From positions 124,001 through 188,000 of the IMG/VR virus record IMGVR_UViG_3300026521_000003: DNA of 64,000 nt; one strand, given 5' to 3'. The notes under the pieces were generated by a model. That model did not search any database. It was not told the origin of the DNA and was given only the letters and a program-made list of their open reading frames with translations. Both the position numbers and the translations under genes were made by a program. Shown in pieces: positions 20,480 to 33,000 of this stretch; position 1 is the first letter of the stretch, and each line of letters starts with the position of its first letter.

Positions 20480-20511
20480 CTCCCTATATAAATATAAGAA
20501 AGTATAGGGAG
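20480..20511 (+). promoter_or_regulatory. late promoter inside an RBS-sequestering hairpin
   Basis: ctccctata (20480-88) pairs with tatagggag (20503-11, the RBS of 20521); TATAAATA at 20487-94. Confidence 0.7.
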
Positions 20512-20520
20512 TATTAAATT

Positions 20521-21135
20521 ATGATAAATGAAATATATAATATTGATGAAATTCTGTTAGAAATTAATCTAGAAGATTATAATGATCAGGATATTAATGA
20601 TATTATAAATTATATATTATTAGAAGATGTTGATACATCAACATTACTTACCGAAATCCCCCAAATTATATCAAAGAAAAGAATTTTTGATGGTCAATTT
20701 AATTATTCATTTGACCCAATATTAAATGAGAGTAATATACTATTAATTGAGATAGTTTCTCCAATAATAGAAAAATATATACCTCAACACATATATAGAA
20801 GTTTTACTAATTTACATGTAAAATATATAGTATCGGAAATATTAAATGTAGATATTTCTACTGCTACAAATATTGAATATATTAAGCAAAAAATAACTGA
20901 AGTATTTTTATCTGGTGATATTAAGATTCCTATACAATCATTACGCTCCGAACCAATTGCTAATGATGTAATTAAATACGGTTTATTCGCACCAGTATTA
21001 TTCAAACTTATAAGTTTAGATAATTTAAATACTGCAAAAACTCTTAATGATTTGATCCAACCAATTAATGATGACATATATTCAATTAATATTGTATCGA
21101 GATTATTACAATTTAAAAAGGATTCTAAATGCTAA
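20521..21135 (+). CDS. hypothetical late protein
   Basis: 204-aa ORF behind a late promoter. Confidence 0.6.
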   Translation: MINEIYNIDEILLEINLEDYNDQDINDIINYILLEDVDTSTLLTEIPQIISKKRIFDGQFNYSFDPILNESNILLIEIVSPIIEKYIPQHIYRSFTNLHVKYIVSEILNVDISTATNIEYIKQKITEVFLSGDIKIPIQSLRSEPIANDVIKYGLFAPVLFKLISLDNLNTAKTLNDLIQPINDDIYSINIVSRLLQFKKDSKC

Positions 21136-21746
21136 CAGAAGAATTACGTATATTAGCCGGTTTACAAGAATCAAAAGAGATAGTAAATCCTTTACCAGAA
21201 ATAATTAAAAATGAAGAAAATAATAGTAAAATAATTAAATTGCGTAAAGAAAATGAGCAAAAAACAGTATTAGGTCATTTTCAAATATTTGAAGATAAAT
21301 TTAATAATCTATCTAATATAATGCACCGATTTGATAATTTAATAAAAAATAAAGATGTATTTATGGATGGTTTGATTGATAATAATTATCAATATTTACA
21401 GCAAGCTATTGAAATTATGATAAATGAATCTACTGAAGTTTTTATAATGTTTATAGAAAATAATAAAAATGATTTGATAAAAGAATTTGACATGATTGAT
21501 AATATCAAAGTAAACATAGATGAATCAAAGCTTAAGGATTTTTTTGTAGCTTCAGATTTAAATAAGACATTATATAAAGATATTTTATTAAAAGAAAAAA
21601 AAGATAATATCGGCATTGAATATGGTGATCATATTTTAATATTGAATGATAATTTAGCAATTATAAAAAAAAATAATAAACGATTTTATTTTAAATTAAC
21701 AGAGCAAGAAATTTTATATATGGTAGATAATAATATTTTACTATAA
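21129..21746 (+). CDS. hypothetical late protein
   Basis: 205 aa; N-terminal LRILAGLQE. Confidence 0.6.
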   Translation: MLTEELRILAGLQESKEIVNPLPEIIKNEENNSKIIKLRKENEQKTVLGHFQIFEDKFNNLSNIMHRFDNLIKNKDVFMDGLIDNNYQYLQQAIEIMINESTEVFIMFIENNKNDLIKEFDMIDNIKVNIDESKLKDFFVASDLNKTLYKDILLKEKKDNIGIEYGDHILILNDNLAIIKKNNKRFYFKLTEQEILYMVDNNILL

Positions 21747-21796
21747 AAAATTTTTTAATATAAATAACAATAATAATTAAAATAGAAGGAAAAAAA

Positions 21797-22360
21797 ATGA
21801 ACGTAACACGTTATATAAAAGAATTATCTCTATTGGAAGAATCTGAAAGAAAATCATATATTGCTCATTTGGAAATAAAAAATTATGGTTCGAATGAATT
21901 GACTGAAACTGAAATGTGGATATTGACAAATGCCAGTCAAAATGCAGAGTATCTTAATGATAAATTAAAAGAAGCCGAAGAGTTATCATTGGATCTAGAA
22001 GCACCAGAAGAAACAGAAGAAAAAGTAACTATTGAACCCGATTTGACTGTGGATGATAATGAAAGTAATGATGAAGAACTAAGTTTAGATATACCATCAG
22101 AATCAGAACCAACAACTGAAATAGACTCTAATAATGACAATGATACAGAATTAAGTTTAGATGTTTCTGATGAAGAATCAAATCAGCCAGATGAAGTAAG
22201 TACAGATAAAGACGCATCTGAGAAAAAAGAAATTGAAACATCAAAAGAAGGGATAGGCATTCTACCTTTATTAGGTGAAATTCAAGAAAAATTAGCAAAT
22301 GGGAAACCATCGGAAGTTGAATTAGCAGCACTTAAAGCGTTAAAGAAATTAGTAGGATAG
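21797..22360 (+). CDS. acidic late protein, putative head-associated
   Basis: TATAAATA at 21759-66; ELSLD repeated three times in a D/E-rich linker. Confidence 0.6.
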   Translation: MNVTRYIKELSLLEESERKSYIAHLEIKNYGSNELTETEMWILTNASQNAEYLNDKLKEAEELSLDLEAPEETEEKVTIEPDLTVDDNESNDEELSLDIPSESEPTTEIDSNNDNDTELSLDVSDEESNQPDEVSTDKDASEKKEIETSKEGIGILPLLGEIQEKLANGKPSEVELAALKALKKLVG

Positions 22361-22366
22361 AATATT

Positions 22367-22906
22367 TTAAATATATGATTTAATATAGTCTAGAATTGGT
22401 TCTATATTATTTTCTGAACTAACAAATGATTTATACTTGATTTTATTTTGGAATAGTTGGTATTTAATTAAATTGTCTATGTGTATTGATTCCTCTAAAT
22501 TTTGAATTCTGCCAGATTGTTCATAATTTATTTCTGGATTGCGTTCTAAATAGATATTGATATTTTCAGATGCACTAAACCATTTTAATATCGCAGCTTT
22601 AGTTTTATCTTTGTCTGAAGTATTATCAGGGTTAATCATATTATATACTAAACCATGTAATAAACATCCATCAGTTATAATGAAGTCGGTCTTATTATTT
22701 AATGCTTGAATTAGTTTATTTTGATAATATGATACATGGTATTGATTATTTAATAGGTCAAATTCTTCAGTCCATACTAATTGTTTTGCATATTCTGGCA
22801 CAATTTCACAATTCATTCCAGCCATTTTCATATTTGCAAAAATCAATGATGTCATTACAGATTTACCAACCCCAGGACCGGCTATAAAATTAATAACTTT
22901 ACTCAT
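22367..22906 (-). CDS. P-loop NTPase/nucleotide kinase (AAA_28/NadR-like)
   Basis: VINFIAGPGVGKS, EIVPEYAK, FIITDG, GRIQ. Confidence 0.8.
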   Translation of the reverse strand: MSKVINFIAGPGVGKSVMTSLIFANMKMAGMNCEIVPEYAKQLVWTEEFDLLNNQYHVSYYQNKLIQALNNKTDFIITDGCLLHGLVYNMINPDNTSDKDKTKAAILKWFSASENINIYLERNPEINYEQSGRIQNLEESIHIDNLIKYQLFQNKIKYKSFVSSENNIEPILDYIKSYI

Positions 22907-23017
22907 GTATTATACCCTGATATTTTTAAAATTATTATACATTTTTTTAAAAAAATTGTTACTATAATCTTTAAAATAAAAGTATAAATAAAGATAAATT
23001 AACTTAATGGAGCCAAT

Positions 23018-25180
23018 ATGATTAAGATTGAAACGTTAGAAAATTCAAAATATAAATTTGGATACCCATATAATGATTCAATAGATGTTTTTTTTGAAAG
23101 TCTACCTGAAAGTTTTATAAATGTTTATAATTTAACTGATGATGAAATAACTCTTATGCATGAATTTAAAAATAAAGTATTAGAATTAGATAGATCATTA
23201 TTTAAAAGTCTTTTAGAAATTAACTCCTTTATATTTGAATTTAATAATGTTGGAAAAGTTTTACAAGATGATTATGATGAACTTATGAATGATTATAATG
23301 CATTATTAGTTGAATTAGATAATTTACGTATAGAATTTGATCAAGTAGTTAAAACTTTTGATGATTACTCTAATACAATCTCACAATTTAATGATGATAT
23401 TGTGAAATTAGATGAGTTGGTATTATATTATTCGAGTAAACTAGTTGATAATACATATGTGTATAATAACGATTATATTGATAAAACTACATCAGATTTA
23501 ATGGTAATTGATGATGTGATCGATCAATCTAATCAAGAATATTTATATTATAAAGATAAACTTAAAATTACTATTGATGAAATGATTTCAAAACTTTCAA
23601 ATTTAGGTGACTATGATTTTTACCAAGTAAGTTTAAAGACTTCATACGAAGAATGGCTCAAAAGACCTGAGGATTATTATAAACAATTAGTAGTGTATTT
23701 TAAAGAAGAGTATGATTCGATATGGACTTATGGCAGTAGTCTTATGTATGATGAACATTTAGAGTACGTTAATATTTCTAAAGCATTAGTCGAGGAAACA
23801 TATTATATAATGCGTGGCCATTTATTTAAAAATTATTCCTTTAAAATTGAGAAAGATATAAAACTTTATTCATTAGAATGGTTAGAAAACCATGAAACGT
23901 TTGAATATGATGAATTTACAATTGCAATAGAGAAAAAGAAAAAAGAAATTATAGAATCTAAATTGATAGAAATTGAAAATATTATAGCATCTTCATCTTT
24001 TGCATTAAACTCTGTTATTTCAAAAGAGGATATGGATGTATATTATTTATATAAAGAAATAGTATTAGAGAAACGAAAATACATATATCTTCACATTGAT
24101 AATATTACAGATGATGTGCTTGAAAATTATAATCTGCGTATTGAAGAGTTATATCCGACATATTTAAAAGTTGAAAATAAGCTTAATCAATCAACCTATT
24201 GGATTTATTATTATGACTTAGAACAATATAAATTTATACGTGATGATTTACAACGTCAAATAACTCTTTCAGATCTAATAATTAGTCAAGAAGCTCAACA
24301 AACTTTAAATAATAATGAAGAATATGTTTCAAAAATTAATTTTTATACTTTAGAAAAAGATTCATTATTATTAAAAATAGATGATTTAATAGAATTGAAA
24401 GATAAGGTTGAAATTGAAAAAAATGTATATGGTGATGAAATAACAATAAAAGAATCAAAATTATTTGAAATGTTGGAAAAGAAAGAAGAATTAGTGGATA
24501 GTTATAAAAATTATTTTATGACTAGATTAGATTTTTATATTAATAATATCATACAACGTGATATAGATATTTATACTATTATTGCAGAAGGATTTAATCT
24601 GTCATATGTATTGCAGTTGGATGAATTAGATAGTACAATCCCTAATAATATTTCATGGTATGATAAAGATAATAAAGATAAATTATTTGGATATTATTAT
24701 TATATACTTGATACGTTAAAAAATAATTTAAGTGATCAATGGGAAGTAGAATTTAATCATGAAATTTATATTAATGAGTATATTAAAATTATGAATGATT
24801 ATCTAAATATAGTCATGCTTGAATATTTTGCTTGGAGTAATAAGTTTTTATTAGATGAAACATTTGATAATGAATTGAACTTAAATATAGATGTCTATGA
24901 AACTAAACTAATTAGTATATTTAAGGAATTATCAGAGAAAGCATTTAAATATAAGGTTAATATTATGGTTAAAAAAGATATGTTTGATTATGAAATTGAA
25001 CAAGTTTTTTACATTGATAATACATTAGGTGATATTGAAAGTATTAACAAAATTTTTAAAGGTATATTGGATAATATTCGATATATACTAGTATTAAAAA
25101 ATAGTGAATATGGATCTTTAATAGATAAGATTGAAGAAAATATAGAAATTAATAAAATATGGGATCAAATTGGGGTGTAA
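23018..25180 (+). CDS. large acidic coiled-coil late protein
   Basis: 720 aa; TATAAATA at 22983-90. Confidence 0.7.
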   Translation: MIKIETLENSKYKFGYPYNDSIDVFFESLPESFINVYNLTDDEITLMHEFKNKVLELDRSLFKSLLEINSFIFEFNNVGKVLQDDYDELMNDYNALLVELDNLRIEFDQVVKTFDDYSNTISQFNDDIVKLDELVLYYSSKLVDNTYVYNNDYIDKTTSDLMVIDDVIDQSNQEYLYYKDKLKITIDEMISKLSNLGDYDFYQVSLKTSYEEWLKRPEDYYKQLVVYFKEEYDSIWTYGSSLMYDEHLEYVNISKALVEETYYIMRGHLFKNYSFKIEKDIKLYSLEWLENHETFEYDEFTIAIEKKKKEIIESKLIEIENIIASSSFALNSVISKEDMDVYYLYKEIVLEKRKYIYLHIDNITDDVLENYNLRIEELYPTYLKVENKLNQSTYWIYYYDLEQYKFIRDDLQRQITLSDLIISQEAQQTLNNNEEYVSKINFYTLEKDSLLLKIDDLIELKDKVEIEKNVYGDEITIKESKLFEMLEKKEELVDSYKNYFMTRLDFYINNIIQRDIDIYTIIAEGFNLSYVLQLDELDSTIPNNISWYDKDNKDKLFGYYYYILDTLKNNLSDQWEVEFNHEIYINEYIKIMNDYLNIVMLEYFAWSNKFLLDETFDNELNLNIDVYETKLISIFKELSEKAFKYKVNIMVKKDMFDYEIEQVFYIDNTLGDIESINKIFKGILDNIRYILVLKNSEYGSLIDKIEENIEINKIWDQIGV

Positions 25181-25182
25181 CA

Positions 25183-28100
25183 ATGTTTGAAGAGAAATTT
25201 AATGATTTAGTAATTGGTATCAACGCTTTTATTATAAAGACAAAAAAAACTTTAGGTTTTGAAACACTTGAAGAAAAAATCGATTTTTATCATAATTTGG
25301 TTGATGAATTTAATTTTTATACTTTACTTATAAGTGAGCTAGGTAATGAAGTAGATAAAGATAAATATATAGATATTTATTCATCTTTAACTGATTATAA
25401 AGAAGATCTAAATAATGCATTCGATAGTATTAAAGATAACCCAATTATCAAGGCTTATATCGAAGATTTAAATAATGATATTATAACAAAAGGATTATAT
25501 TCTGAAATATACAATTATGAACGAAGTCTAGTAAATATACCATTACGTAAAATAGATATTGAGTATATTCAAAGAGTAATGGATGTCGTTAATAATTATA
25601 ATATTGAACTATTTGAATTTTATAAAAATAATCCATATAATATTGATGAAAGTCTAGATTTAGTAATTCCAGAAAAAGTAGAATGTATAGACAAGAATGA
25701 TTTTACGAATAAAATATATAATTATTTACTCGAATTATTTAATATTTATAAAATCCAGAACAAATTATTATTGGAAGAATTAGAGGTTCAAGAAAAAAAT
25801 ATTGATGAATTGCTAATTGAAACTAATACGATACTTCGGGATTATAATAATAATAAAGAAATATATGAATATGGTATGACCTCAGAAGAATATTATAATG
25901 CTGCTAATACACGTATAGATATATTAAATGGGTATATTTCTAGATTAATAAACTTAGAAATTGAAAGATTTTATAATAAATATATTTCATTTGAATTATT
26001 ACAAACTCAAATAAAAAGCTTAATATCATATTATACAGATAATAGTTTATATAAAGAATTTTTAAATAAAATTAAATTTAACAATCTCTTAGAAGAATTA
26101 CAGTCGGTGCTAACATTAATTGAAGATGGTAAAATTAATATTGACAAAAATTATATAGTTGACAATATTAACTTAAAGGATATTACATTAGAAATTGTTG
26201 AATTATCATCCATATTGAAACAAAAAATTTATTATGTTGAAAATATTAATATTACTGGTGTACCATTACTTAAAGAGTTTGAGTTTTATCAATCTTCAGA
26301 CTTTCTAGAAAGTATTAAAAAATACTATTATAATTTAGTTAATAATACTATATCAAATAATTCTCAATTAACAGTATATGAAATAGGTGATAATACTATT
26401 GATGATGTCCGTAATGAGTTCTTAAATTTATATGCTAATTATAAAAAAATGGTTTCATTTCCTATTCAATATATGACTTTATATCAGATCGAAGATTACG
26501 TAGATGATATTATCAAAACACAAGAAGAATTAAAAAAAATAGCTACTATATTTTATAATTCTGCAATATTGACTTCGCCTCCAACTTATAAAACAAGTAT
26601 TGAAAATCAATTTAATCTTTTTTTAGATGAGATAAAAGAAGATTTAATAAATGTATCTAACATAAAAAATTCAAAATCTCTCGATAGTTTAGATGAAAAC
26701 TATGAAAGTGCGAATATAATAATGGATAAAATTCAAAATAATTTAAGTGTATTAGACAATATTATAACTTTATCTGATAAAACTATTCTTCTAGGTTATA
26801 AAGATTTTATATATGATAAATTAATAAGTAAGATTAATATCATATATACAAAGCTAATTCAATTTTATAACAACAAACAATATATAGAACTTATTGAATA
26901 CTATAATATTGAATATAAGAAAAATCTAATAGATTTTAATTTTATGTATAGCCTGGAAAATTATAGTGATTTATTATCGAATATTATTGATGATGAACAA
27001 AACGTAGATAAATTATTTATGGAAGAACAAATATCTAAAAAAAATGATAGCTCTATGGAATATATACGGGCATTTTTAATTTCGCTAATAGAAGAAGAAA
27101 AATATAAAACTATAAGAGTAGAAATCTATAAAAGTCTTGATAATTTATATAGTTATTTTATTGATGATAATATTTATGATTTGACATTTTTAAACAATGA
27201 AAAAAAGCTTAAAAAACTCTATTTAGATAATATCTTAATAAAGGAGAATTATATTTATTGGTATGATCGAATTATCAATGTTATGGATCGATTTAATCAT
27301 ATTGACAAAACTTTATTTAGTAGTAGTCTATTAGATTCTAAAGTAATAGAGTTTAATTCATATACATTGTTAGAACAAATAGAAAATCTAGTTATGAATC
27401 AATATAGAATTATTGCGGACATTAATAGAATGTTACAAGAAGGAATATCTAGTACTTATGATGAAAGTATTGAAAATAGTATTGAAATTATTGATAAATT
27501 CAATATTAAATTTATAGAGGATTTTAATGAATATCAAAAATTGGTTGAAAATATTGAAAAATTAGAAGCAAGTTTTAAGATAGATTTGGAATTTAATACT
27601 AAATTATTAAAAGTCAAAGAAGAATGGGATAATTTAATTGAAATGAATAATATAAGAGATATAATCCCAGTCTCGTATGGTGATATAGACATTATAACAG
27701 GTAATATTCCTTTTAATGTTGAATTTAGTGCTAGACCAGAAATTATAGAATTTAATAATGATGATGTAGTAGAAACGACTTTTAAATGGTATATTGACGG
27801 TAATGTTATAGAAGGAGATAAAATAAATTATACCTTTTATAGAGAAGATAATTATAAAATTGAGTGTGAAATGAATTATCCCGATGGACGTATTTCTACT
27901 CGAAGGATTGAATTAGAATTAGGTGGACCAACAAATTCACAGATTGTTAAAGAATCAAGTTTATTATATAATCCTATAAAAAATATCAACCAACCAAAAC
28001 TAACTTATTTTGATATAGAATTAAATATGCAGCGTACTATACCACTCATTATAGATGGTGACATAGCTCCTATGATTGATGAAGGGAATATTAAAATAGC

Positions 28101-29574
28101 TTTAGATGACAATGGTTTATTGGATAATAAAGTAGGTTATATTATAATGGGTTATGAAGGAGTAATATTTGCAGGTCAAGAGTTTGATACAACTCAAATA
28201 TTTTCTGATGATTTTGAATTTCCTAATGATAATGAATTTTTATTTGATTTTCATGTTAGTGATCCTATTGTAGGTAAGTCATATTTAACAATTAAAAACT
28301 CTAGATTAGTAGAATTTATGGTTAAATTATCACCTGAGAGAATTAACTCGGTTTATGAGATAGATGATGCATCAATATTCTTGGATCATAGTATGGAAGA
28401 AACCGAAATAATCAATGGTGATTTAATTCTTATGAAGAATATTTCTGGTAGATATATGGTTTTTGAGATTATTGAGATAAATGAAAGTACTAATATAGAG
28501 TTAGAAGAATTTTACTTCGAGATGAATTTTAAGTTTTATGTTAATATTGCTATAAATGAATATGAACGTTCAACGTTTAAACCGTTAAGTACTAATTATG
28601 TTGTGCCTACATTAATTTTTGAGTTAGATTCTAAAGAAATATTTACATCTCTTATTTCTAGACTCAAAAAGATAGAATCACTTAAATTAGAATTAGATAC
28701 AAATAATGATTATGAAACGGTAATAAACATACATAATGAAATAGAATTATTAGAAAATGAAAACAAAAGCTTTTTTATTTTTGAAGAATTAAATCATATT
28801 ATGATGAATATTAATCAACTTAATGATAGTATGAAATATTTTAATTCATGTATTATAGATGAAAATAATGTTGATGATTGTATCAATATTGAGGAATATA
28901 CTTCTAAGTATAGAAATGAAATTGATACTTGTCTTACTTTTGAACAATTAGTAAATAGTATAACTAGTGTAGAATTTAAGGATAATATGATACATAAAAA
29001 AATTATATTATCTTACTATCAAGAAGAATATGAATTGTTATCATTGTTAATAGATACTTTTAGTTATAATAATTTTAATATTTCATATTTTAAAGAAAAA
29101 CTTAGTAATATTTTATCTAATAATATATATTTTGAAAATGAAAATGATTATAATTTATTTATATGTGAAGTAGTTGAATTGATACGTAAAAGAATGTATA
29201 AACTTAAATTAATTATTAATATGCTTATAATGAGTGTCGACAATGATATAATTCTTACAACACCATATTTACGTTATTCGCTTGATACAAATGGTAATAT
29301 TATTTCGTATGAAGAAGATAATATGTATTTATTCTATAAAAAAATAGAATTAAACTATGGGTATGAAAATTTAAAATTGGAAGAAGGCGAAAAATTAATA
29401 GATTCCCTTAGTGATATAGTTTCAAAATCTAAGAATCTTTTTGGTAAAGGACTTTCAGAAGATGAAGAAGATAATTTATCCAATTATATCAGTACTTTAG
29501 AAGATCTTTTAATAACTGAATATGATAATTTTTTTATGATTCCATATTGGATAGATTATTTAAATCAAAAATAA
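25183..29574 (+). CDS. very large late protein with a PKD/Ig-like domain
   Basis: ~1460 aa (start moved to ATG 25183 after GGGGTG); GNIPFNVEFSA...FKWYIDG...INYTF...YKIEC is PKD-like. Confidence 0.65.
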   Translation: MFEEKFNDLVIGINAFIIKTKKTLGFETLEEKIDFYHNLVDEFNFYTLLISELGNEVDKDKYIDIYSSLTDYKEDLNNAFDSIKDNPIIKAYIEDLNNDIITKGLYSEIYNYERSLVNIPLRKIDIEYIQRVMDVVNNYNIELFEFYKNNPYNIDESLDLVIPEKVECIDKNDFTNKIYNYLLELFNIYKIQNKLLLEELEVQEKNIDELLIETNTILRDYNNNKEIYEYGMTSEEYYNAANTRIDILNGYISRLINLEIERFYNKYISFELLQTQIKSLISYYTDNSLYKEFLNKIKFNNLLEELQSVLTLIEDGKINIDKNYIVDNINLKDITLEIVELSSILKQKIYYVENINITGVPLLKEFEFYQSSDFLESIKKYYYNLVNNTISNNSQLTVYEIGDNTIDDVRNEFLNLYANYKKMVSFPIQYMTLYQIEDYVDDIIKTQEELKKIATIFYNSAILTSPPTYKTSIENQFNLFLDEIKEDLINVSNIKNSKSLDSLDENYESANIIMDKIQNNLSVLDNIITLSDKTILLGYKDFIYDKLISKINIIYTKLIQFYNNKQYIELIEYYNIEYKKNLIDFNFMYSLENYSDLLSNIIDDEQNVDKLFMEEQISKKNDSSMEYIRAFLISLIEEEKYKTIRVEIYKSLDNLYSYFIDDNIYDLTFLNNEKKLKKLYLDNILIKENYIYWYDRIINVMDRFNHIDKTLFSSSLLDSKVIEFNSYTLLEQIENLVMNQYRIIADINRMLQEGISSTYDESIENSIEIIDKFNIKFIEDFNEYQKLVENIEKLEASFKIDLEFNTKLLKVKEEWDNLIEMNNIRDIIPVSYGDIDIITGNIPFNVEFSARPEIIEFNNDDVVETTFKWYIDGNVIEGDKINYTFYREDNYKIECEMNYPDGRISTRRIELELGGPTNSQIVKESSLLYNPIKNINQPKLTYFDIELNMQRTIPLIIDGDIAPMIDEGNIKIALDDNGLLDNKVGYIIMGYEGVIFAGQEFDTTQIFSDDFEFPNDNEFLFDFHVSDPIVGKSYLTIKNSRLVEFMVKLSPERINSVYEIDDASIFLDHSMEETEIINGDLILMKNISGRYMVFEIIEINESTNIELEEFYFEMNFKFYVNIAINEYERSTFKPLSTNYVVPTLIFELDSKEIFTSLISRLKKIESLKLELDTNNDYETVINIHNEIELLENENKSFFIFEELNHIMMNINQLNDSMKYFNSCIIDENNVDDCINIEEYTSKYRNEIDTCLTFEQLVNSITSVEFKDNMIHKKIILSYYQEEYELLSLLIDTFSYNNFNISYFKEKLSNILSNNIYFENENDYNLFICEVVELIRKRMYKLKLIINMLIMSVDNDIILTTPYLRYSLDTNGNIISYEEDNMYLFYKKIELNYGYENLKLEEGEKLIDSLSDIVSKSKNLFGKGLSEDEEDNLSNYISTLEDLLITEYDNFFMIPYWIDYLNQK

Positions 29575-29643
29575 TAAAAAATATCTAAATTGTGAATAAA
29601 TAAGATAAAATTAAGATAAAATTCTTTAGAATAGGAGAAAATA

Positions 29644-30012
29644 ATGGGTCGATTAACAGATTTATTGTCAGCTAATAACGTAGTTGAAAATAAAATAAAG
29701 ACGAATAAAATAACTACTAAGTTAGATACTAATACGATAACTGAAAGTGAAACAAGTACCATAGGAACTCTAACAGTTGATGAATATCAAATGGTTAAAG
29801 ATTCTATAAAACAAATTGATATGAATAATAAAACAAGACGAGAAATTATAATAGGTATGTATGGAAGTATTACCAATCCTAAAACTAATAAAAGGTTTGT
29901 TATCCCTATGCTTTCATATCAAGATGAAGACTATATATATCAATATGCAAAGTATATGAAAACATTAATTAATAGACCTGAAGAGTTTACAAAAGTAATG
30001 GAAATGGAGTAG
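29644..30012 (+). CDS. hypothetical late protein, first gene of the AAA/vWA operon
   Basis: AATAAATA near 29595 and AGGAG RBS. Confidence 0.6.
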   Translation: MGRLTDLLSANNVVENKIKTNKITTKLDTNTITESETSTIGTLTVDEYQMVKDSIKQIDMNNKTRREIIIGMYGSITNPKTNKRFVIPMLSYQDEDYIYQYAKYMKTLINRPEEFTKVMEME

Positions 30013-30015
30013 GAA

Positions 30016-33000
30016 ATGAATAAATTGAAATCTATAATATTAACAGAAGCATCATTAAATGATAAAATAACATCTAGAGCAAAAATAACGTATGATGCAT
30101 TAATAGCAATAATTTTAGCAACTGATGATGGTAAAATCACAGATAAAAATAAAAAAGAAATAGCTGATGAATTAGATATTACTATTCCTACATTAGAACG
30201 GTATATCAAACAAGCAGTCACAAATAAATTTATTAGTTCATCTGGAGAGGTTCTTGACAAATATAAAAAGGAATCTACTGGTAAAGTAAAAGCATCGGGT
30301 AAAGTATCTCAAGCATTAAATGCGAGAGTTAAAAAATTTAAAGCACCAAAAGTTTCTTCTAATAATTTATTTTCTGAACAAGTATTTAAAATGTTATCAT
30401 TAATGGATGGTCAAGCAGCACAGGCAGGTGTTAAAAACTCATTAATGTTGACAGGAGATCCTGGAACTGGAAAAACTTCATTTATTCGTAATTTCGCTAA
30501 ATTATTAGGATTACCTCTTATTCCAATAGAGGCACCTCATATTACAGAAGAACATATTATAAATATACCATTTATGATTATTAGAGGTAATAAAGTAAAA
30601 AAAGAAAATGCTATTATTGAAACTGCTGGAAAAGCAAATTTGGATGATAAACAAGAATTTGATATTGTTCAAGCAGAATCAAATCTAGTCACTAAATTAA
30701 AAGCTATGAAGAATCTTAAACTAAAAGATCAACAACATATTGCATCAATAGCTAGTGATAAAAATTTAAGACCTATATACTTAAATTATAAATCATTAAT
30801 TGATTCAATTAGAGATAGTTACCATTGTATTTTATTTTTAGATGAATATTATAGAAATGATAATATGAAAATCAGAAATATTCTTAGAAATATTTTAAAT
30901 GGGCGAATAGGTAATGATAAAATACCAAAAGGGACATTTATTGTTTATGCATCAAATATGGAAGATGATGGTGTTGAAGATATTCCTATGAATAACGATT
31001 TTGCAGAAATGGAATTTAAAACTCCTGATAGAGAACAATGGTTTAAATATATATTAAATAAATATGAAGAGAATTCAGGAAATGATTATCCTGGTGTAAA
31101 ACTGCAACCAGAAGTTTTTAATAAATTTTATGACGTATTAGAGCAATCAGATTTATCATATGAAGATGCTACAGCAGAAGTTAGAAATTCTCCAAGAAGA
31201 TGGGAGCAAATATTATTATATGTTAATGCATCTTTACCGGTATCAAATATTAAAGAAGCTAGAACATTAATGTCAAATTTACAAGTTAATTTTAGAAATT
31301 ATACTGAAGAAACTGTTTCAAATTTATATCCTAAATTTGAAAAAATGGTAGTTGGATTAATTAAAGAAACTTCAGGAATTGAATTTGATGGACGACCAAC
31401 TAATCAAGTTGATTGGAAAGATACTCTCCAACAACAATTAGAAGTTAAAATTAAATTAGATGGACAAAGTGATTCTGAGAAAGAGGTTAGACAATACGTG
31501 CCTGTTGTTTCGGGTGAACCTGGTATTGGTAAAACGGCGCATATGAGAACGGTAGCTGATGATTTAGATCTCCATTTTATTCATATTGATGTATCGACAT
31601 TAACTAGAGAATCAACTACCGGTATTCCTAAAGCAAGTCAAGCAACAGATATTGATGGTAATCCAGAATTTGATCAAAATGGTAATCCTGTTATGACCAC
31701 AGAATTTTCAAAACCTGAATTGTTAGATTTGATTGAGAAAAAAATGCAAGAAGAATTAGCTGAAGATGAAATGTTTCCAGAAGATCAAAGAAAAAAAGGT
31801 AAAGGTAAATATAGATTTTTATTATTATTTGATGAATTAACAAGAGCAGATGCACAAGTCTTCAATGCTATTAGAAAATTATTATTAGAGAAATCATTTA
31901 ATGAACAATATGATTTACCAAAATCAATTATGACTGTTGGTGCTCTCAATCCAGTTGATAATGGAGCAGAAGAATTAACAAAACATATGAGAGATGTATT
32001 GGATATTATTCCATCTAGAGCATCATGGGCTAAAACAGAATCATACTTATTGAGTGAAGAACGTCCTGTTGGATTAGAAGAAGTTATGGGGTTTGATTTA
32101 AATACTGCAACAGTTGGAGCATTAAAAGGTTTACTACAACAATATCAATCTAAAGATGAAGATTGGAGAGGTAATCCAGTTTCAAAAGAAGAGCGATTAT
32201 TCAATTTACGAGATGGGTCAAATATAATTTATATTTCGCCAAGAGAAATTACGGATATTGTTACTATGACTAATGCTAATATCGTTAATAGATTAACAAA
32301 AGTTGGATTAAAAAGTTTTTCAAATGAAGTTCAATCTGAAGAAGTAGATGGTATGAGTGATGATGAATTTATGCAACTTATGATGCAACAAGCTGAAAAC
32401 CCAGATAGTGTAAAGGAAAAAATTGCTCAAGATAAGGGTATTTTTAATTTAAGAAATAGGTATAGTGAAGAAGATTACGATGTGTTTATAAGAGCTATGA
32501 TTAATGAATTTCGGGAAGCGTGGGCTTCAAAATTAACTTTTATTTGTAAAAAAATGGATATTGATGCGGCAAACGTTTTATCATTAACAACAGGTTTTAT
32601 ATCTACAAATAGTGTAGTATATGATCAATATGAGGCTATTAAAACATTAGTTGTGGATGATGTTAAAAATATTGAAGAAATGTTCGATGCTTATTGGGAT
32701 AATCCAGAAGAATTATATGATTCACCGCATTTTGATAATTATTTAACTGTAAACTTTACAGCTCCTCAAAAATTTACACAAGAAATAACAGATTATTTAA
32801 GTGATAAATTGGTGGAAATTGAACAAGATACTAGTACGGATATGGTAACTGTTGAATCTGAAAATGGACCTGTTGAAATTCCTAAAAATATAGCTAAGAA
32901 GATGGAATTATTTTATAAGTATATTTTATATACAAAGTCAATATTAAAAGTTTTAACTGATAAAAGTGAATATGCAGGGAAAGTAAAAGAGGCTCAAAGA

